From NCBI GenBank assembly GCA_020722575.1, contig DYKN01000004.1, positions 37,364 through 101,363 of the forward strand: a stretch of DNA of 64,000 nt, given 5' to 3'. The position numbers and the translations under genes were made by a program. Positions 48,244 to 57,836 of this stretch are shown here, one piece after another; position 1 is the stretch's first letter, and each line of letters begins with the position of its first letter. The stretch comes from Rikenella microfusus (GTDB lineage: Bacteria; Bacteroidota; Bacteroidia; Bacteroidales; VadinHA17). The notes below the pieces were generated by a model that did not search any database, was not told the DNA's origin, and saw only the letters and a program-made list of their open reading frames with translations.

Positions 48244-49914
48244 TCAGTTCTTTTTCTCAGATACCGAAAGGATGGAATTATATAATGGTTTATTCTTTAA
48301 AATCTCAAGTGCTTTTTGGACTTGCTGGTCTTTTCTGATAGACCATTCAATAGCTCCCTCTTCATAGAAATACCTGCTGATTATTTCATCAGTCAACAAA
48401 TCTGTTATTTCTTCCCTGAATATTTCAAGATCTTTCTTGAGATCATGGGAAATTTCTTTCTGAAGTGATAGAAAAAGTTCTTTGTTTCTTTCATAATATT
48501 TTTCTTTTCGGGCATTTTCGACAAATTGGGCGAAAGACCTTTCAGTTCGAGTCTGATAATTAAAGTTCCTCGAATAGACTAAATTAATAAAGGATTCATA
48601 ATCTTGATCATCGAGGCTGAATTCATTGATATTTTTTATTTCAGGGTGGTTCCAGTAATATTGAGTGGCGAAGTCAAAAATAATATTACGGGTATATAAT
48701 TCAGTTGCGATCTGGCTGAGGGTGCCTGGTTCGGCTTCAATGTCCGGTGTTATACCTCCTCCATCTTTAACAGGTCTGCCGTTACGGGTTTTAAAAGTTT
48801 TTATAAGTGAGTCGGGAATATAACCAACGCTTCCATCTTCATTCCTTTGTGCAAAGTCTATTGCCTGAATGCACCTTCCGCTGGGGATGTAATATTTGGC
48901 TGTTGTAACTTTTAGTTGTGCATTGTAGCTGAGAGGACGTGTGATTTGCACCAATCCTTTTCCAAATGAACGCTGTCCGACAATCATTCCGCGATCGAGA
49001 TCCTGTATTGCACCTGCAACAATCTCAGAGGCAGAGGCTGTCATTCTGTTTATCAATACAACAAGTCGGATATTTTCATCAACAGGCTGATTTTTTGTTT
49101 TGTAAACTGCATCAAATTGTTTTACTTTTCCTTTTGTGCTAACCACTTCAATACCAGGTCCAACAAAAAGATTAACAACATCAACCGCTTCACTCATAAT
49201 TCCGCCTGGATTTGAGCGCAGGTCAAGTATTATCCCTTCTGGATTCAGCTTTTTCAGTTCAACCAATGCTTTTTTCACGTCCTCATTGCAATTCTGAGTG
49301 AAATTTGTAAATCTAATATATCCGATAACCGAATCAATAATACCATAGTATGGAACAGGGGGTAATACGACTCTTTCCCTTGTTAGCGGATAGGACAGTT
49401 CATTTCCGTTTCTTTCAATAGTTATTGTAACTTCTGTCCCGGGATCACCTTTCAGCTTTTCACTCACCTTATCAATCTGCATGCCTCTTAGTAACTGACC
49501 GTTTACCTTTAGAATGATGTCACCTGGTTTTATTCCGGCCTTGTCGGCAGGAAAACCTTTATAAACTTCGGTAACAACCGCATTATCGCCATTGTTTCTG
49601 ATGAGACATCCTATGCCACCATATTTGCCGGTAGTCATAAAATTAAACTGCTCCAGCTCAGATTCGGGAATATATGTTGTATACGGATCAAGAGAAGCCA
49701 GAATGCTTTCAATTCCTGTTCTGATAATTTTATCGGGATTAATTTCATCCACGTAGAAAGTATTAAGTTCTCTTATCAGGGAGAAAAAAATGTCAAGATT
49801 TTTACCCAGCCGGAAATCGCGAGATTCCTGATTAATAAGAAATGCAGAACCAGAGATTAAAAGAATTAAAGCAAAAATGAACAAAGCAACTTTATCGTGG
49901 ATTTTTCTTCTCAT
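48244..49914 (-). CDS. S41-family C-terminal processing peptidase with PDZ domain
   Basis: N-terminal membrane anchor, PDZ (PADKAGIKPGDIILKVNG) and the S41 catalytic region RMTASASEIVAGA...GKG. Confidence 0.85.
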   Translation of the reverse strand: MRRKIHDKVALFIFALILLISGSAFLINQESRDFRLGKNLDIFFSLIRELNTFYVDEINPDKIIRTGIESILASLDPYTTYIPESELEQFNFMTTGKYGGIGCLIRNNGDNAVVTEVYKGFPADKAGIKPGDIILKVNGQLLRGMQIDKVSEKLKGDPGTEVTITIERNGNELSYPLTRERVVLPPVPYYGIIDSVIGYIRFTNFTQNCNEDVKKALVELKKLNPEGIILDLRSNPGGIMSEAVDVVNLFVGPGIEVVSTKGKVKQFDAVYKTKNQPVDENIRLVVLINRMTASASEIVAGAIQDLDRGMIVGQRSFGKGLVQITRPLSYNAQLKVTTAKYYIPSGRCIQAIDFAQRNEDGSVGYIPDSLIKTFKTRNGRPVKDGGGITPDIEAEPGTLSQIATELYTRNIIFDFATQYYWNHPEIKNINEFSLDDQDYESFINLVYSRNFNYQTRTERSFAQFVENARKEKYYERNKELFLSLQKEISHDLKKDLEIFREEITDLLTDEIISRYFYEEGAIEWSIRKDQQVQKALEILKNKPLYNSILSVSEKKN

Positions 49915-50017
49915 TTCTTGATTTTTTAAAACTAACAGGCGAAGTTACAAGAAAATTAACTCGGTACCGTTAATTAGTCTTTTAATTAAAATAACTTTAA
50001 CATTTGAAGGTTTAATA

Positions 50018-50413
50018 TTATAAGGATTTTATTGATTTGATAAGTTTTTGTAATCCCTGAATCAAACTTTTTTCTATTTCAAAATAAGTTTGTATTTCGT
50101 TGTGTTTGTAAATAATCATGAAAACAATTTTTTTGTTTTCGGTCTCAAGAAATTCATATAGAAGATATTTATTTTTCCGGTATGCTTCTTTAATTCGTCT
50201 TTTAATTTTGTTTCTTTTTACGGCTTTTTTGAAGATTTTTTTTGATACACTTATGGCTACCCGGGCTGGTGATGGTGAATCAAAAGTGTCAGGGTTCCAG
50301 ATAATCTGGAAGGGATGGGAGAAAAATGAAATGCCATTTTCGAATAATGAATCTATTGCCTTTTTACTGCAAAGTCTTTCATGTTTCCGGAAAGTTTCTC
50401 TATGAATAGTCAT
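50018..50413 (-). CDS. rnpA: Ribonuclease P protein component
   Basis: 131-aa basic protein with the motif SVSKKIFKKAVKRNKIKRRIKEAYR. Confidence 0.8.
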   Translation of the reverse strand: MTIHRETFRKHERLCSKKAIDSLFENGISFFSHPFQIIWNPDTFDSPSPARVAISVSKKIFKKAVKRNKIKRRIKEAYRKNKYLLYEFLETENKKIVFMIIYKHNEIQTYFEIEKSLIQGLQKLIKSIKSL

Positions 50414-50489
50414 TGCAATAAAAATAAAGATAGTGTCAGGTCTAATTTCGTAATAGGATATTTAACAGGCGGATAGATAATTAGATAAA

Positions 50490-51248
50490 TTATTTATTAC
50501 TGTTCCTGTTATATTCTTTTAGAAATTCGTCAAGTGCCATTGTCATTGAAGGTGACTTTGGGTTAGGAGCGTGAATATCAAGTCTAAGACCTTCCTGTTC
50601 AACCGCCTGGGCTGTAGTTGGCCCGAATGCAGCAATTTTTATGTCACCCTGAACAAAATCCGGAAAATTTTCACGGAGTGATTTAATGCTGGAAGGGCTG
50701 TAAAATACTATAATATCATAATCCTGTAGTTCTTTAATGCTTGAAAAGTGGTTGCTGATTGTTTTATAAAGAATTCCCACTGTATGTTTGATATTATTCT
50801 TTTTGAGAAGATCAGGGATTTCGGAATTATGAGGTTCAGGAAGCGGGACGAAGTAATTCTCGTCTCGATGTTTAATAATAATATCGATTAAGTCCTGAAA
50901 CTTTGATTTTCCATGAAATATTTTTCTTTTACGGTAAACGATGTATTTCTGAAGGTAGAAAGCAACATTTTCCGTTATACAGAAATATTTCATGGTGTCA
51001 GGCACAGTAATCCTGAGCTCGTTGCAGATCCTGAAAAAATGATCAATTGCTGTTTTGCAGGAAAAAATAACAGCAGTGTAGTCGAGTATGTTTATTTTCT
51101 GCTGTCTGAAATCCTTTATTGAAATTCCCTCAATCTGAATAAATGGTTTAAAATCAATTTTCAGATTGTACTTTTTTGCCAGTTCGTGGTAAGGTGACTT
51201 TGGATTTTGTGGATCTGGCTGTGATACTAAAACCTTCCTTATTTTCAA
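50490..51248 (-). CDS. hemD: Uroporphyrinogen-III synthase (HEM4 family)
   Basis: 252 aa. Matches my memory of the Bacteroidota HemD-like family (VLVSQP...YTAVIFSCKTAIDHFFRI...MKYFCITE). The position next to DUF4271 and rnpA is typical. Confidence 0.65.
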   Translation of the reverse strand: MKIRKVLVSQPDPQNPKSPYHELAKKYNLKIDFKPFIQIEGISIKDFRQQKINILDYTAVIFSCKTAIDHFFRICNELRITVPDTMKYFCITENVAFYLQKYIVYRKRKIFHGKSKFQDLIDIIIKHRDENYFVPLPEPHNSEIPDLLKKNNIKHTVGILYKTISNHFSSIKELQDYDIIVFYSPSSIKSLRENFPDFVQGDIKIAAFGPTTAQAVEQEGLRLDIHAPNPKSPSMTMALDEFLKEYNRNSNK

Positions 51249-51281
51249 CCCCTTACAGATTTAGTTCGACATCCCTTATAA

Positions 51282-52334
51282 CTATAAATCCTGCAGCGCC
51301 CCTGATAAATATTTTACTAGAACAGCAACAGGTAAAATTTCCAAACCACAAAGGTAAAAAATTAAATAAAAAAGAGATGCAGATTTTTTGATAAAAATTA
51401 TTGAAAGTTTGAGAATCCTTAATAGATAGAGCAATAACAATATGGAAAAACCGATAAAGATCAATTTATTTTCATTTATTATGTCAGTATAAGTTATCAG
51501 AATAACAATAATAAAGGAGACGATACCACTAATTCTGTAAAAGGTTTGAACGATTATTTTATATTCAGAAAAAATCTGTTTCTGTTCGCTGATTGTACCT
51601 GTTAGGTTAATTAAGAATAATCTTGCTGAGATAAGTGCAAAAGAGCAAGCAAATAGTATCATCATATTCTCAAATTCATTCATTACCGGTAAAAAGATGT
51701 TATAATATTTAAGTACAATAAATGCGAAAAGGCTCGTACATAGATAAGTGTTTAAGCTGAAAAGGATTGAGGGGATATCGGCAAGTTTGGATGTTTCCCT
51801 TGAAAGCGCAGAAGTTGAGTCCCTGAGAGTTAAAAAGTTAATGGCGTTTTTCAGAAAATTTCCAGGCAGATTCTTAAGAAAAATAAAAATAATAGTTGAA
51901 ATAAGAATTAACGGTAGCATCCAATCGGATTTCAGGTTGTTATTATTTCGCGGAATTCCATCTTTTCCTGCAATAGCATATTCTGCAAGTGTTTTGGCCC
52001 GGAACATTTTAGTGGCACTGGTAAATGAAAGTGGAAAATCTTCTATATGATAAATACTTGAAAAATTCGTATCAGCAACAAGTCCTATAATATCGGAAGC
52101 AGCATCAATTTTATAGAAATTTGTTGTGTCGAGTTCTGGCTGCTTATAGATTAGTTGATTATTCTGTCTTACAGTATTATAGAAAGATATTTTTTTTAAT
52201 GAGGTATTTTTGTTGAGTGTATCCTGAATTTGCAATCTTTTCAGGGAATCAGAAAATATTATTGAAGATGTATCAACGGTAATTTTGCCGTTAACCGTAG
52301 TTTTGTGTTTAAGAGTATCCTGATAGTTCATCAT
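51282..52334 (-). CDS. Integral membrane protein, probably DUF4271
   Basis: 350 aa. The soluble N-terminal half is followed by about 6 TM helices. The call is based on remembered synteny with hemD in Bacteroidota. Confidence 0.4.
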   Translation of the reverse strand: MMNYQDTLKHKTTVNGKITVDTSSIIFSDSLKRLQIQDTLNKNTSLKKISFYNTVRQNNQLIYKQPELDTTNFYKIDAASDIIGLVADTNFSSIYHIEDFPLSFTSATKMFRAKTLAEYAIAGKDGIPRNNNNLKSDWMLPLILISTIIFIFLKNLPGNFLKNAINFLTLRDSTSALSRETSKLADIPSILFSLNTYLCTSLFAFIVLKYYNIFLPVMNEFENMMILFACSFALISARLFLINLTGTISEQKQIFSEYKIIVQTFYRISGIVSFIIVILITYTDIINENKLIFIGFSILLLLYLLRILKLSIIFIKKSASLFYLIFYLCGLEILPVAVLVKYLSGALQDL

Positions 52335-52376
52335 GGCCTTTTCAGGCAGTCAGTCAGATTAATTGATTTCTTATGA

Positions 52377-53249
52377 TCAAAAATAATCAGCTCTTGAGCC
52401 TATTATGTCTGATAGTACGTTGTTGGCCAATCGGCTTGCGCCAAATCTTAAAAGGGAAGAATTCATCCAGTCTATTCCCAGTTCATTTTTTACTATTTTG
52501 TAATACACCAGGGCATCCTGTGAGGTAACTATCCCGCCTGAAGGTTTAAATCCTACCTTTATTCCGGTTTCCAGGAAGAAAACTGATATAGCACGACAAA
52601 TTACGAAAGCAGTTTCAGGTGTTGCTGAAACGGTTGTTTTCCCTGTAGATGTTTTAATAAAATCTGCACCTGCATCCATTGCAATCATTGAAGCTCTGAA
52701 AATTTGTTCATAAGTATTGAGAAGACCGGTTTCAATAATAACTTTAAGCAATCTTTCGCCGATAGCATTTTTTATTTCCCTTATTTCTTCAGCTACAGAA
52801 GGATAATCGTTGGCAAGAAATGAACCTACCGGGATAACAAAATCTATTTCATCTGCACCTGAATCAGCAGCCATTTTGCATTCTTGAATTTTTACATTCC
52901 TGAATGTTTGAGAGGTTGGAAAACCGCCAGCAACAGCCACTATTTTGACATTTTTTGCAGTGAGTTTTTCTTTAACCAGGGGTATAAAATTCGGAAAGAT
53001 ACATATTCCAGCCACAGTAGGAATGTTTGAATAGCGGGCATTAAAGCTGTTTATTTTCCCGGTTAGCTGAAGGATACTACTTTTACTGTCGGTCGTATTT
53101 AGACTAGTAAGATCAATCAGCCCAAGAATCTCCATCAGAGTTTTTCTATCAGTAGAACCCGAAGTATCTGAATAGACTTTTTTAAGTCCTTTTTTTATCT
53201 CTGATTCTGTCGGACAATTTTTCGCCAGTTTTTCATACAGTTTAGTCAT
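52377..53249 (-). CDS. deoC: Deoxyribose-phosphate aldolase
   Basis: 290 aa with the Schiff-base lysine context DFIKTSTGK and a class I aldolase layout. Confidence 0.85.
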   Translation of the reverse strand: MTKLYEKLAKNCPTESEIKKGLKKVYSDTSGSTDRKTLMEILGLIDLTSLNTTDSKSSILQLTGKINSFNARYSNIPTVAGICIFPNFIPLVKEKLTAKNVKIVAVAGGFPTSQTFRNVKIQECKMAADSGADEIDFVIPVGSFLANDYPSVAEEIREIKNAIGERLLKVIIETGLLNTYEQIFRASMIAMDAGADFIKTSTGKTTVSATPETAFVICRAISVFFLETGIKVGFKPSGGIVTSQDALVYYKIVKNELGIDWMNSSLLRFGASRLANNVLSDIIGSRADYF

Positions 53250-53345
53250 ATTTCAGGTCTTTTGTGGTGTGAAAAAAATGAATAAAGCCAGGGGTCAATA
53301 TAGTATTTTTTATGATTTGTTCTATTTTTTTGAAAATTTACGTAA

Positions 53346-54740
53346 TTATATATTCTTATTATCTTTCGTTTTATTTCTTGCAAGTGATGCAAGAATTCCC
53401 GGAATACAAAGGAAAGAAAAGATAATAAAGGCTGTTTTCATACCATGTAAAAGTCCTTCTGATTGTAATTGTGAAACAGGTTGTTTGCCGATATAAAATG
53501 TTAGAATCATCATTGTAATGCCCATACTGAAAGACTGGCCGATTACTCTCATTGTTCCAACAACTCCTGAAGCTATTCCGAAATGTTTTTTCTCGACGGA
53601 ACTCATTATTGCGTTTGAATTGGGTGATGAAAAGAATGCAAAACCTATTCCCATAATTATTAGAATAAAAATGATTATCGGAAGAGATGTATGAAGAGAA
53701 ATAAAACAAAGTGAACTAAGTCCGACTGCAGTCATCCCCATTCCAAAAGAAGCTAAAATACCAGGTTTGATTTTATCGGATAATTTTCCTGCAATGGGGG
53801 AGAGTGCCATCATTGAGAGAGGTTGTGAAATCATTATTAATCCTGCGATGTTTGAATTCAGGCCATGAATGTATTGAAGATAGAGGCTCATAAAAAAACC
53901 TGTTGCCGCTGTAGCCGCATAATGAATAAGTGCAGCAAGCGATGAAAGGGTAAAAATACGATTGTTGGCAAAGAGTCCGAAATCAAAAACAGGGTGAGTC
54001 GTGTGTTTTTCTGAGAAAAAAAATAAGAATCCTGTAATCAATCCGCATAACATTAAAATCCATCCTGTTGTTCCCGACAGTTTTGAAAAGCCATAAATAA
54101 AAAGTGCCAGAGAGATACCATAAAGAAGTGAACCCTTGAGATCAAATTTTTCATTTTTAGCATCAGCCCAATCAGTTTTTAATTTTTTATAAATCAGTAT
54201 TAAAGAAATTATACCCAGGGGTATGAGGGTAATAAAAATGCTTCTCCAACCGAAATGCCTTGTAAAAAATCCACCAACGACAGGGCCAGCCGAAAGTCCC
54301 AGGTAAACTGAGGTAATATTTATTCCAATAGCTTTTCCTCTTTCTCCTGGTGGAAAGGCTGAAGAAATTAGTGCAAGGCTTGTGCTGAAAAACATTGCGC
54401 CTGAAAGGCCCTGTAAAATACGTAAAATGATCAAAGATGTAATATCATTACAAAAAATAATAAAAAATGAAGAGAGGGTAAAAAGGAAAATTCCTGTTTT
54501 AAATATTTTTATTCTTCCTGATATGTCGGCAAGCCTGCCCATGGGAAGAAGGAAAATTGCGGAAGTAAGGATAAAGCTTGTTGCAACCCAGCCGAGTGCA
54601 ACAGTTCCTGTATTAAGGTCATGGCCAATTGCCGGGAGGGCAAGATTTACTGAAGAGCTCAGGAAAGGATTGAGAAAGGCTGCAAATGAAGCAACAAGAA
54701 GAAGTGAGTTCTTATAATCTCTGTCGGAATGAGCGCTCAT
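53346..54740 (-). CDS. MFS transporter, 14-TM DHA2-like
   Basis: 464 aa with about 14 hydrophobic helices and the MFS motif A-like PMGRLADISGRIKIF. Confidence 0.8.
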   Translation of the reverse strand: MSAHSDRDYKNSLLLVASFAAFLNPFLSSSVNLALPAIGHDLNTGTVALGWVATSFILTSAIFLLPMGRLADISGRIKIFKTGIFLFTLSSFFIIFCNDITSLIILRILQGLSGAMFFSTSLALISSAFPPGERGKAIGINITSVYLGLSAGPVVGGFFTRHFGWRSIFITLIPLGIISLILIYKKLKTDWADAKNEKFDLKGSLLYGISLALFIYGFSKLSGTTGWILMLCGLITGFLFFFSEKHTTHPVFDFGLFANNRIFTLSSLAALIHYAATAATGFFMSLYLQYIHGLNSNIAGLIMISQPLSMMALSPIAGKLSDKIKPGILASFGMGMTAVGLSSLCFISLHTSLPIIIFILIIMGIGFAFFSSPNSNAIMSSVEKKHFGIASGVVGTMRVIGQSFSMGITMMILTFYIGKQPVSQLQSEGLLHGMKTAFIIFSFLCIPGILASLARNKTKDNKNI

Positions 54741-55196
54741 TCAGAAATCTTTATTTTTTGTGTCAATAATAATTGTAACAGGGCCTTCATTTATAAGTTC
54801 CACGCTCATCTTGGCTCCAAAACGACCAGTGCAAATTTTACCTCCATTCAGATCAGAAAGTTTATTCACGAATTTTTCGTAGAGAGGAATAGCAATTGCT
54901 GGTTCTGCAGCTCGGATATATGATGGTCTGTTACCCTTTTTTGTCAGGGCATGTAAAGTAAACTGACTGATAACCAGAATACTACCATTTGTTTCCTTTA
55001 TCGAAAGGTTCATCACACCACCTGCATCATTAAATATTCTGAGATTAATAATTTTATTGCATGCCCATTCAATATCCTCAATTGTATCATTTTTTTCAAA
55101 TCCTACAAGAATTAATAATCCGTGGCCTATTGAAGAAAGTATTTCATTTCCTATTGAAACAGAAGCTCTACTAACGCGTTGAATTACCACTCTCAT
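54741..55196 (-). CDS. dtd: D-aminoacyl-tRNA deacylase
   Basis: The ATG at 55196 gives the canonical MRVVIQRV N-terminus. SQFTL and NEGPVT motifs are present. The track start at 55208 is a TTG four codons upstream. Confidence 0.9.
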   Translation of the reverse strand: MRVVIQRVSRASVSIGNEILSSIGHGLLILVGFEKNDTIEDIEWACNKIINLRIFNDAGGVMNLSIKETNGSILVISQFTLHALTKKGNRPSYIRAAEPAIAIPLYEKFVNKLSDLNGGKICTGRFGAKMSVELINEGPVTIIIDTKNKDF

Positions 55197-55409
55197 AATA
55201 ATAAGCAATTATTTATCAGGCGAAAATAAACATAATACATTTCAGCCTGTCTAATTAGTGAAAAAATTCTTTGCTTATTCCAGAGGCAAAAAACAATTTT
55301 GGAAATAATATTGTTTGCCAGTTTCTTCATTCAATCATTTAATTATTCAGATAAATTCATGGTGTAAATTTATGATGAACATGTATTGAGATAAATACAT
55401 TTTTCGCTT

Positions 55410-55417
55410 TATATTTG
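55410..55417 (+). promoter_or_regulatory. Candidate -7 box (TATATTTG) for mntP
   Basis: Matches TAnnTTTG, 18 nt upstream of the ATG at 55435. Confidence 0.35.
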
Positions 55418-55434
55418 GGGAGTTTTATCAAGGG

Positions 55435-55995
55435 ATGGATTTTTTCACAATTGTTGCTGTTGCTTTTGGGCTGTCGTTCGATACGTTTGCAGCGTCCCTT
55501 GTTTTCGGAATTAAACAGTTCAGAATAGTTTTTTTTCAGGCTGTTAGAATTGCCTTAGTAATGGCGTTTTTTCAGGGAGGGTTTACAATAATAGGGTTTT
55601 TTCTGGGTTCATTTATAAGCAGTTATTTAAATGTTGTAGATCACTGGATTGCATTTGCCATACTTTTTGTCATTGGTGTTAAAATGATAACAGGGGGGAA
55701 AGGAGAAATAAATGCAGCTGAAGAGCGCGATTGTACAAAATTGTCTGATCTTATAGCGGTTGCAGTTGTTACAAGTATTGATGCCGCTGCTGCAGGAATA
55801 AGTTTTGCATTGATTGATATCAGAATATGGTTTGCAGGAGGTGTTATTGGTGTCGTAACATTTCTGGCTTCAATGACAGCTATAAGAATAGGTAAAGCCG
55901 CCGGTGAAAAAATATCAAAAAAAGTAGCAAAAGTAGGGGGACTTATTCTGATTGCGATTGGTGTCAAAATATTGATGGAGCATCTGATTCAGTAA
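55435..55995 (+). CDS. mntP: Manganese efflux pump MntP
   Basis: 186 aa with 6 TM helices. Two DUF204-type half repeats carry acidic motifs SFDTFAAS and SIDAAAAG. Confidence 0.8.
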   Translation: MDFFTIVAVAFGLSFDTFAASLVFGIKQFRIVFFQAVRIALVMAFFQGGFTIIGFFLGSFISSYLNVVDHWIAFAILFVIGVKMITGGKGEINAAEERDCTKLSDLIAVAVVTSIDAAAAGISFALIDIRIWFAGGVIGVVTFLASMTAIRIGKAAGEKISKKVAKVGGLILIAIGVKILMEHLIQ

Positions 55996-55999
55996 TAAT

Positions 56000-56791
56000 T
56001 TAGAATTCTGCCGGAACAATATAACGCTCCCTGTTCCTGAAAGTACACATTTCATTGTAACCGACAGCTTTCAGTATTTTATAGACATCATCAAAGTTTT
56101 CACCTACCCTGGCAGGATAATGTGCATCTGAGTTAACACAAACAGGTACACCAGCCTCTTTGAAAAGATGAAGAAACCTTATATCAGGATAATACTCCCC
56201 GACTGGCTTGTTTTTTCCGTTTGTATTTATTTCAAGTGCCACATAATGTCTTGCCATCTTTTCCGCAAGATGACGATATAATGGCTCGGGATCACGTGAA
56301 TACTTAAAACCAAAAATTTTAATTAGATCAAGATGGGCAATAAAATCAAAAAGACCTGAAGAAATTGCCTCACAAACAATGTCAAAATAATCAATATAAA
56401 GTCTGTCAATATCTTTTCCATTGTAAAACTCCCGACCATTGTCCACGGTTGAATCTCCCATATAATGTACAGAACCGATTATATAATCGAGTTTAAGAGG
56501 TGATAGATAATTATAAGTTTCAATTTCACGGCCGATAAAATAATCAACTTCAAAACCGGTCCGCACTATAATTTCATCCGTAGAATTTTTTAATAAATCA
56601 ATATGTTTTATGTATTCATTTACTCTTGAATGATCAATACACCAGGAAAGATCGTTATAAAAAAGGTTCAAATGTTCTGAGAATCCAATTTCGTTTAATC
56701 CTGCTTGTAAAGCAGCCTTTACAAATTCTTCAGGGCTGGCCTTTCCATCACTATAGTTAGAATGTATATGATAATCGGTTTTATAAATCAT
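56000..56791 (-). CDS. PHP-family histidinol-phosphatase (HisJ-like)
   Basis: DYHIHSNYSDG N-terminal metal motif, with later FSEH, HLD and NSDAH ligand segments. Confidence 0.8.
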   Translation of the reverse strand: MIYKTDYHIHSNYSDGKASPEEFVKAALQAGLNEIGFSEHLNLFYNDLSWCIDHSRVNEYIKHIDLLKNSTDEIIVRTGFEVDYFIGREIETYNYLSPLKLDYIIGSVHYMGDSTVDNGREFYNGKDIDRLYIDYFDIVCEAISSGLFDFIAHLDLIKIFGFKYSRDPEPLYRHLAEKMARHYVALEINTNGKNKPVGEYYPDIRFLHLFKEAGVPVCVNSDAHYPARVGENFDDVYKILKAVGYNEMCTFRNRERYIVPAEF

Positions 56792-56814
56792 TCTTACAGA
56801 TAAATTTTTCAGGA

Positions 56815-56822
56815 CAAATTTA
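56815..56822 (-). promoter_or_regulatory. Candidate -7 box (TAAATTTG on the minus strand) for the PHP phosphatase gene
   Basis: The plus strand reads CAAATTTA. It lies 24 nt upstream of the start at 56791. Confidence 0.3.
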
Positions 56823-56909
56823 ATCTTTAGTAATTAATTTATTACCGGGAAAAGAATCTTGAAATTACATTCATTTGAGTAAAAGAAACAAATGTCGTAT
56901 AAGATTGTT

Positions 56910-56930
56910 TAATAACCGGGATAAGGTTAA
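56910..56930. repeat. Copy 1 of a short CCGGG-centred repeat (TAATAACCGGGATAAGGTTAA)
   Basis: Matches copy 3 at 20 positions with one 1-nt indel. It contains the internal inverted repeat TAACC/GGTTA and lies upstream of the second Crp/Fnr gene. Confidence 0.7.
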
Positions 56931-56993
56931 TTGAAAAGAGAAGATTTTTTAAAGTAATTCATTATTTTTATACCTGCTTAATATTTATCAACT

Positions 56994-57689
56994 GTGGAAA
57001 GAATTGATAAACAATGTGTTTGTGAAAGCTGTGAATTCAAAGATATAGTTTTCAGGCATCTTGATGATGCAGATATTCTGGAACTTTGTAACAATAAACA
57101 TGAAAACTATTACAGAAAAGGGGATATAATAATTTATCAGGGCCATCGGATTACAGATTTTAAATATCTTAAGAGAGGGCTTGTAAAAGTTTACCGTCAT
57201 TTTTCAGACGAAGACGAACAAATAATTGCAATAACAAAACCATTTGAATTTGTAAACAATATAGCCTTGATTGATGGAGTATTTTACAATTATTCTGTAT
57301 CTGCACTTGAAGATACGGAGATTTGTTCAGTAAATATGGATTTTATCAGGGAACTTCTCAAAAGAAACGGCAGTTTTGCTATAGGTCTTCTTACAAAAAT
57401 GGCTTCAATGAATAATAAAATAATTTCACAGTTTCTGGATATCAGAAGAAGAAATCTTACCGGCAAAGTTGCCTATGTTTTACTCTATTTTGCTAGAGAA
57501 ATCAACCACTCAATGATATTTGATTTACCGGTTTCAAGAAAGGAAATTGCTGACTACATTGGAATGAGCACAGCAAATGTAATAAGGACACTTTCTGAAT
57601 TTAAGAATGATAAAATTATAAAGGTCTACGGAAAAACAATTGAGATTGTCGATGCCGGAAAACTTGAGATGTTTTCAAAGAAAGGCTGA
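56994..57689 (+). CDS. Crp/Fnr-family transcriptional regulator with N-terminal Cys triad
   Basis: GTG start. N-terminus QCVCESCEF, beta-roll RGLVKVYRHF...EQIIAI and C-terminal HTH RKEIADYIGMSTANVIRTLSEF. It is a paralog of the regulator at 13830-14561. Confidence 0.75.
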   Translation: MERIDKQCVCESCEFKDIVFRHLDDADILELCNNKHENYYRKGDIIIYQGHRITDFKYLKRGLVKVYRHFSDEDEQIIAITKPFEFVNNIALIDGVFYNYSVSALEDTEICSVNMDFIRELLKRNGSFAIGLLTKMASMNNKIISQFLDIRRRNLTGKVAYVLLYFAREINHSMIFDLPVSRKEIADYIGMSTANVIRTLSEFKNDKIIKVYGKTIEIVDAGKLEMFSKKG

Positions 57690-57755
57690 GAGGACTCTTG
57701 CAATAAATCTGTCAGGGTTAAATTGATTCGATAATTTGAATTTGTAAGCAGAGAG

Positions 57756-57774
57756 AAATAATCCGGGTAATATC
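57756..57774. repeat. Partial copy 2 of the CCGGG-centred repeat (AAATAATCCGGGTAATATC)
   Basis: Shares the AATAA(T)CCGGGTAA core with copies 1 and 3, and the right arm diverges. It lies between the Crp/Fnr gene and the tldD remnant. Confidence 0.45.
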
Positions 57775-57836
57775 TTATCTTTTTAAGTATTGAAATTAAA
57801 TTATTTAATGCAGTTAATTATTATAAATTATTTTAT

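Noticed and set aside
49954-49975. Hairpin AATTAAC-TCGGTACC-GTTAATT downstream of rnpA
   Set aside because: The 7-bp stem has a single G-C pair. It has plausible geometry but very low predicted stability, so I did not list it as a feature.
55209-55434. Possible yybP-ykoY (manganese) riboswitch upstream of mntP, prompted by TTGGGGAGT about 20 nt before the start codon
   Set aside because: The GGGGAGU-like string lies only 12-18 nt from the ATG and immediately follows a TATATTTG -7 box, so it is leader or promoter sequence. There is no room for the four-helix element of about 100 nt, and I could not find its other conserved segments in the 226-bp gap.
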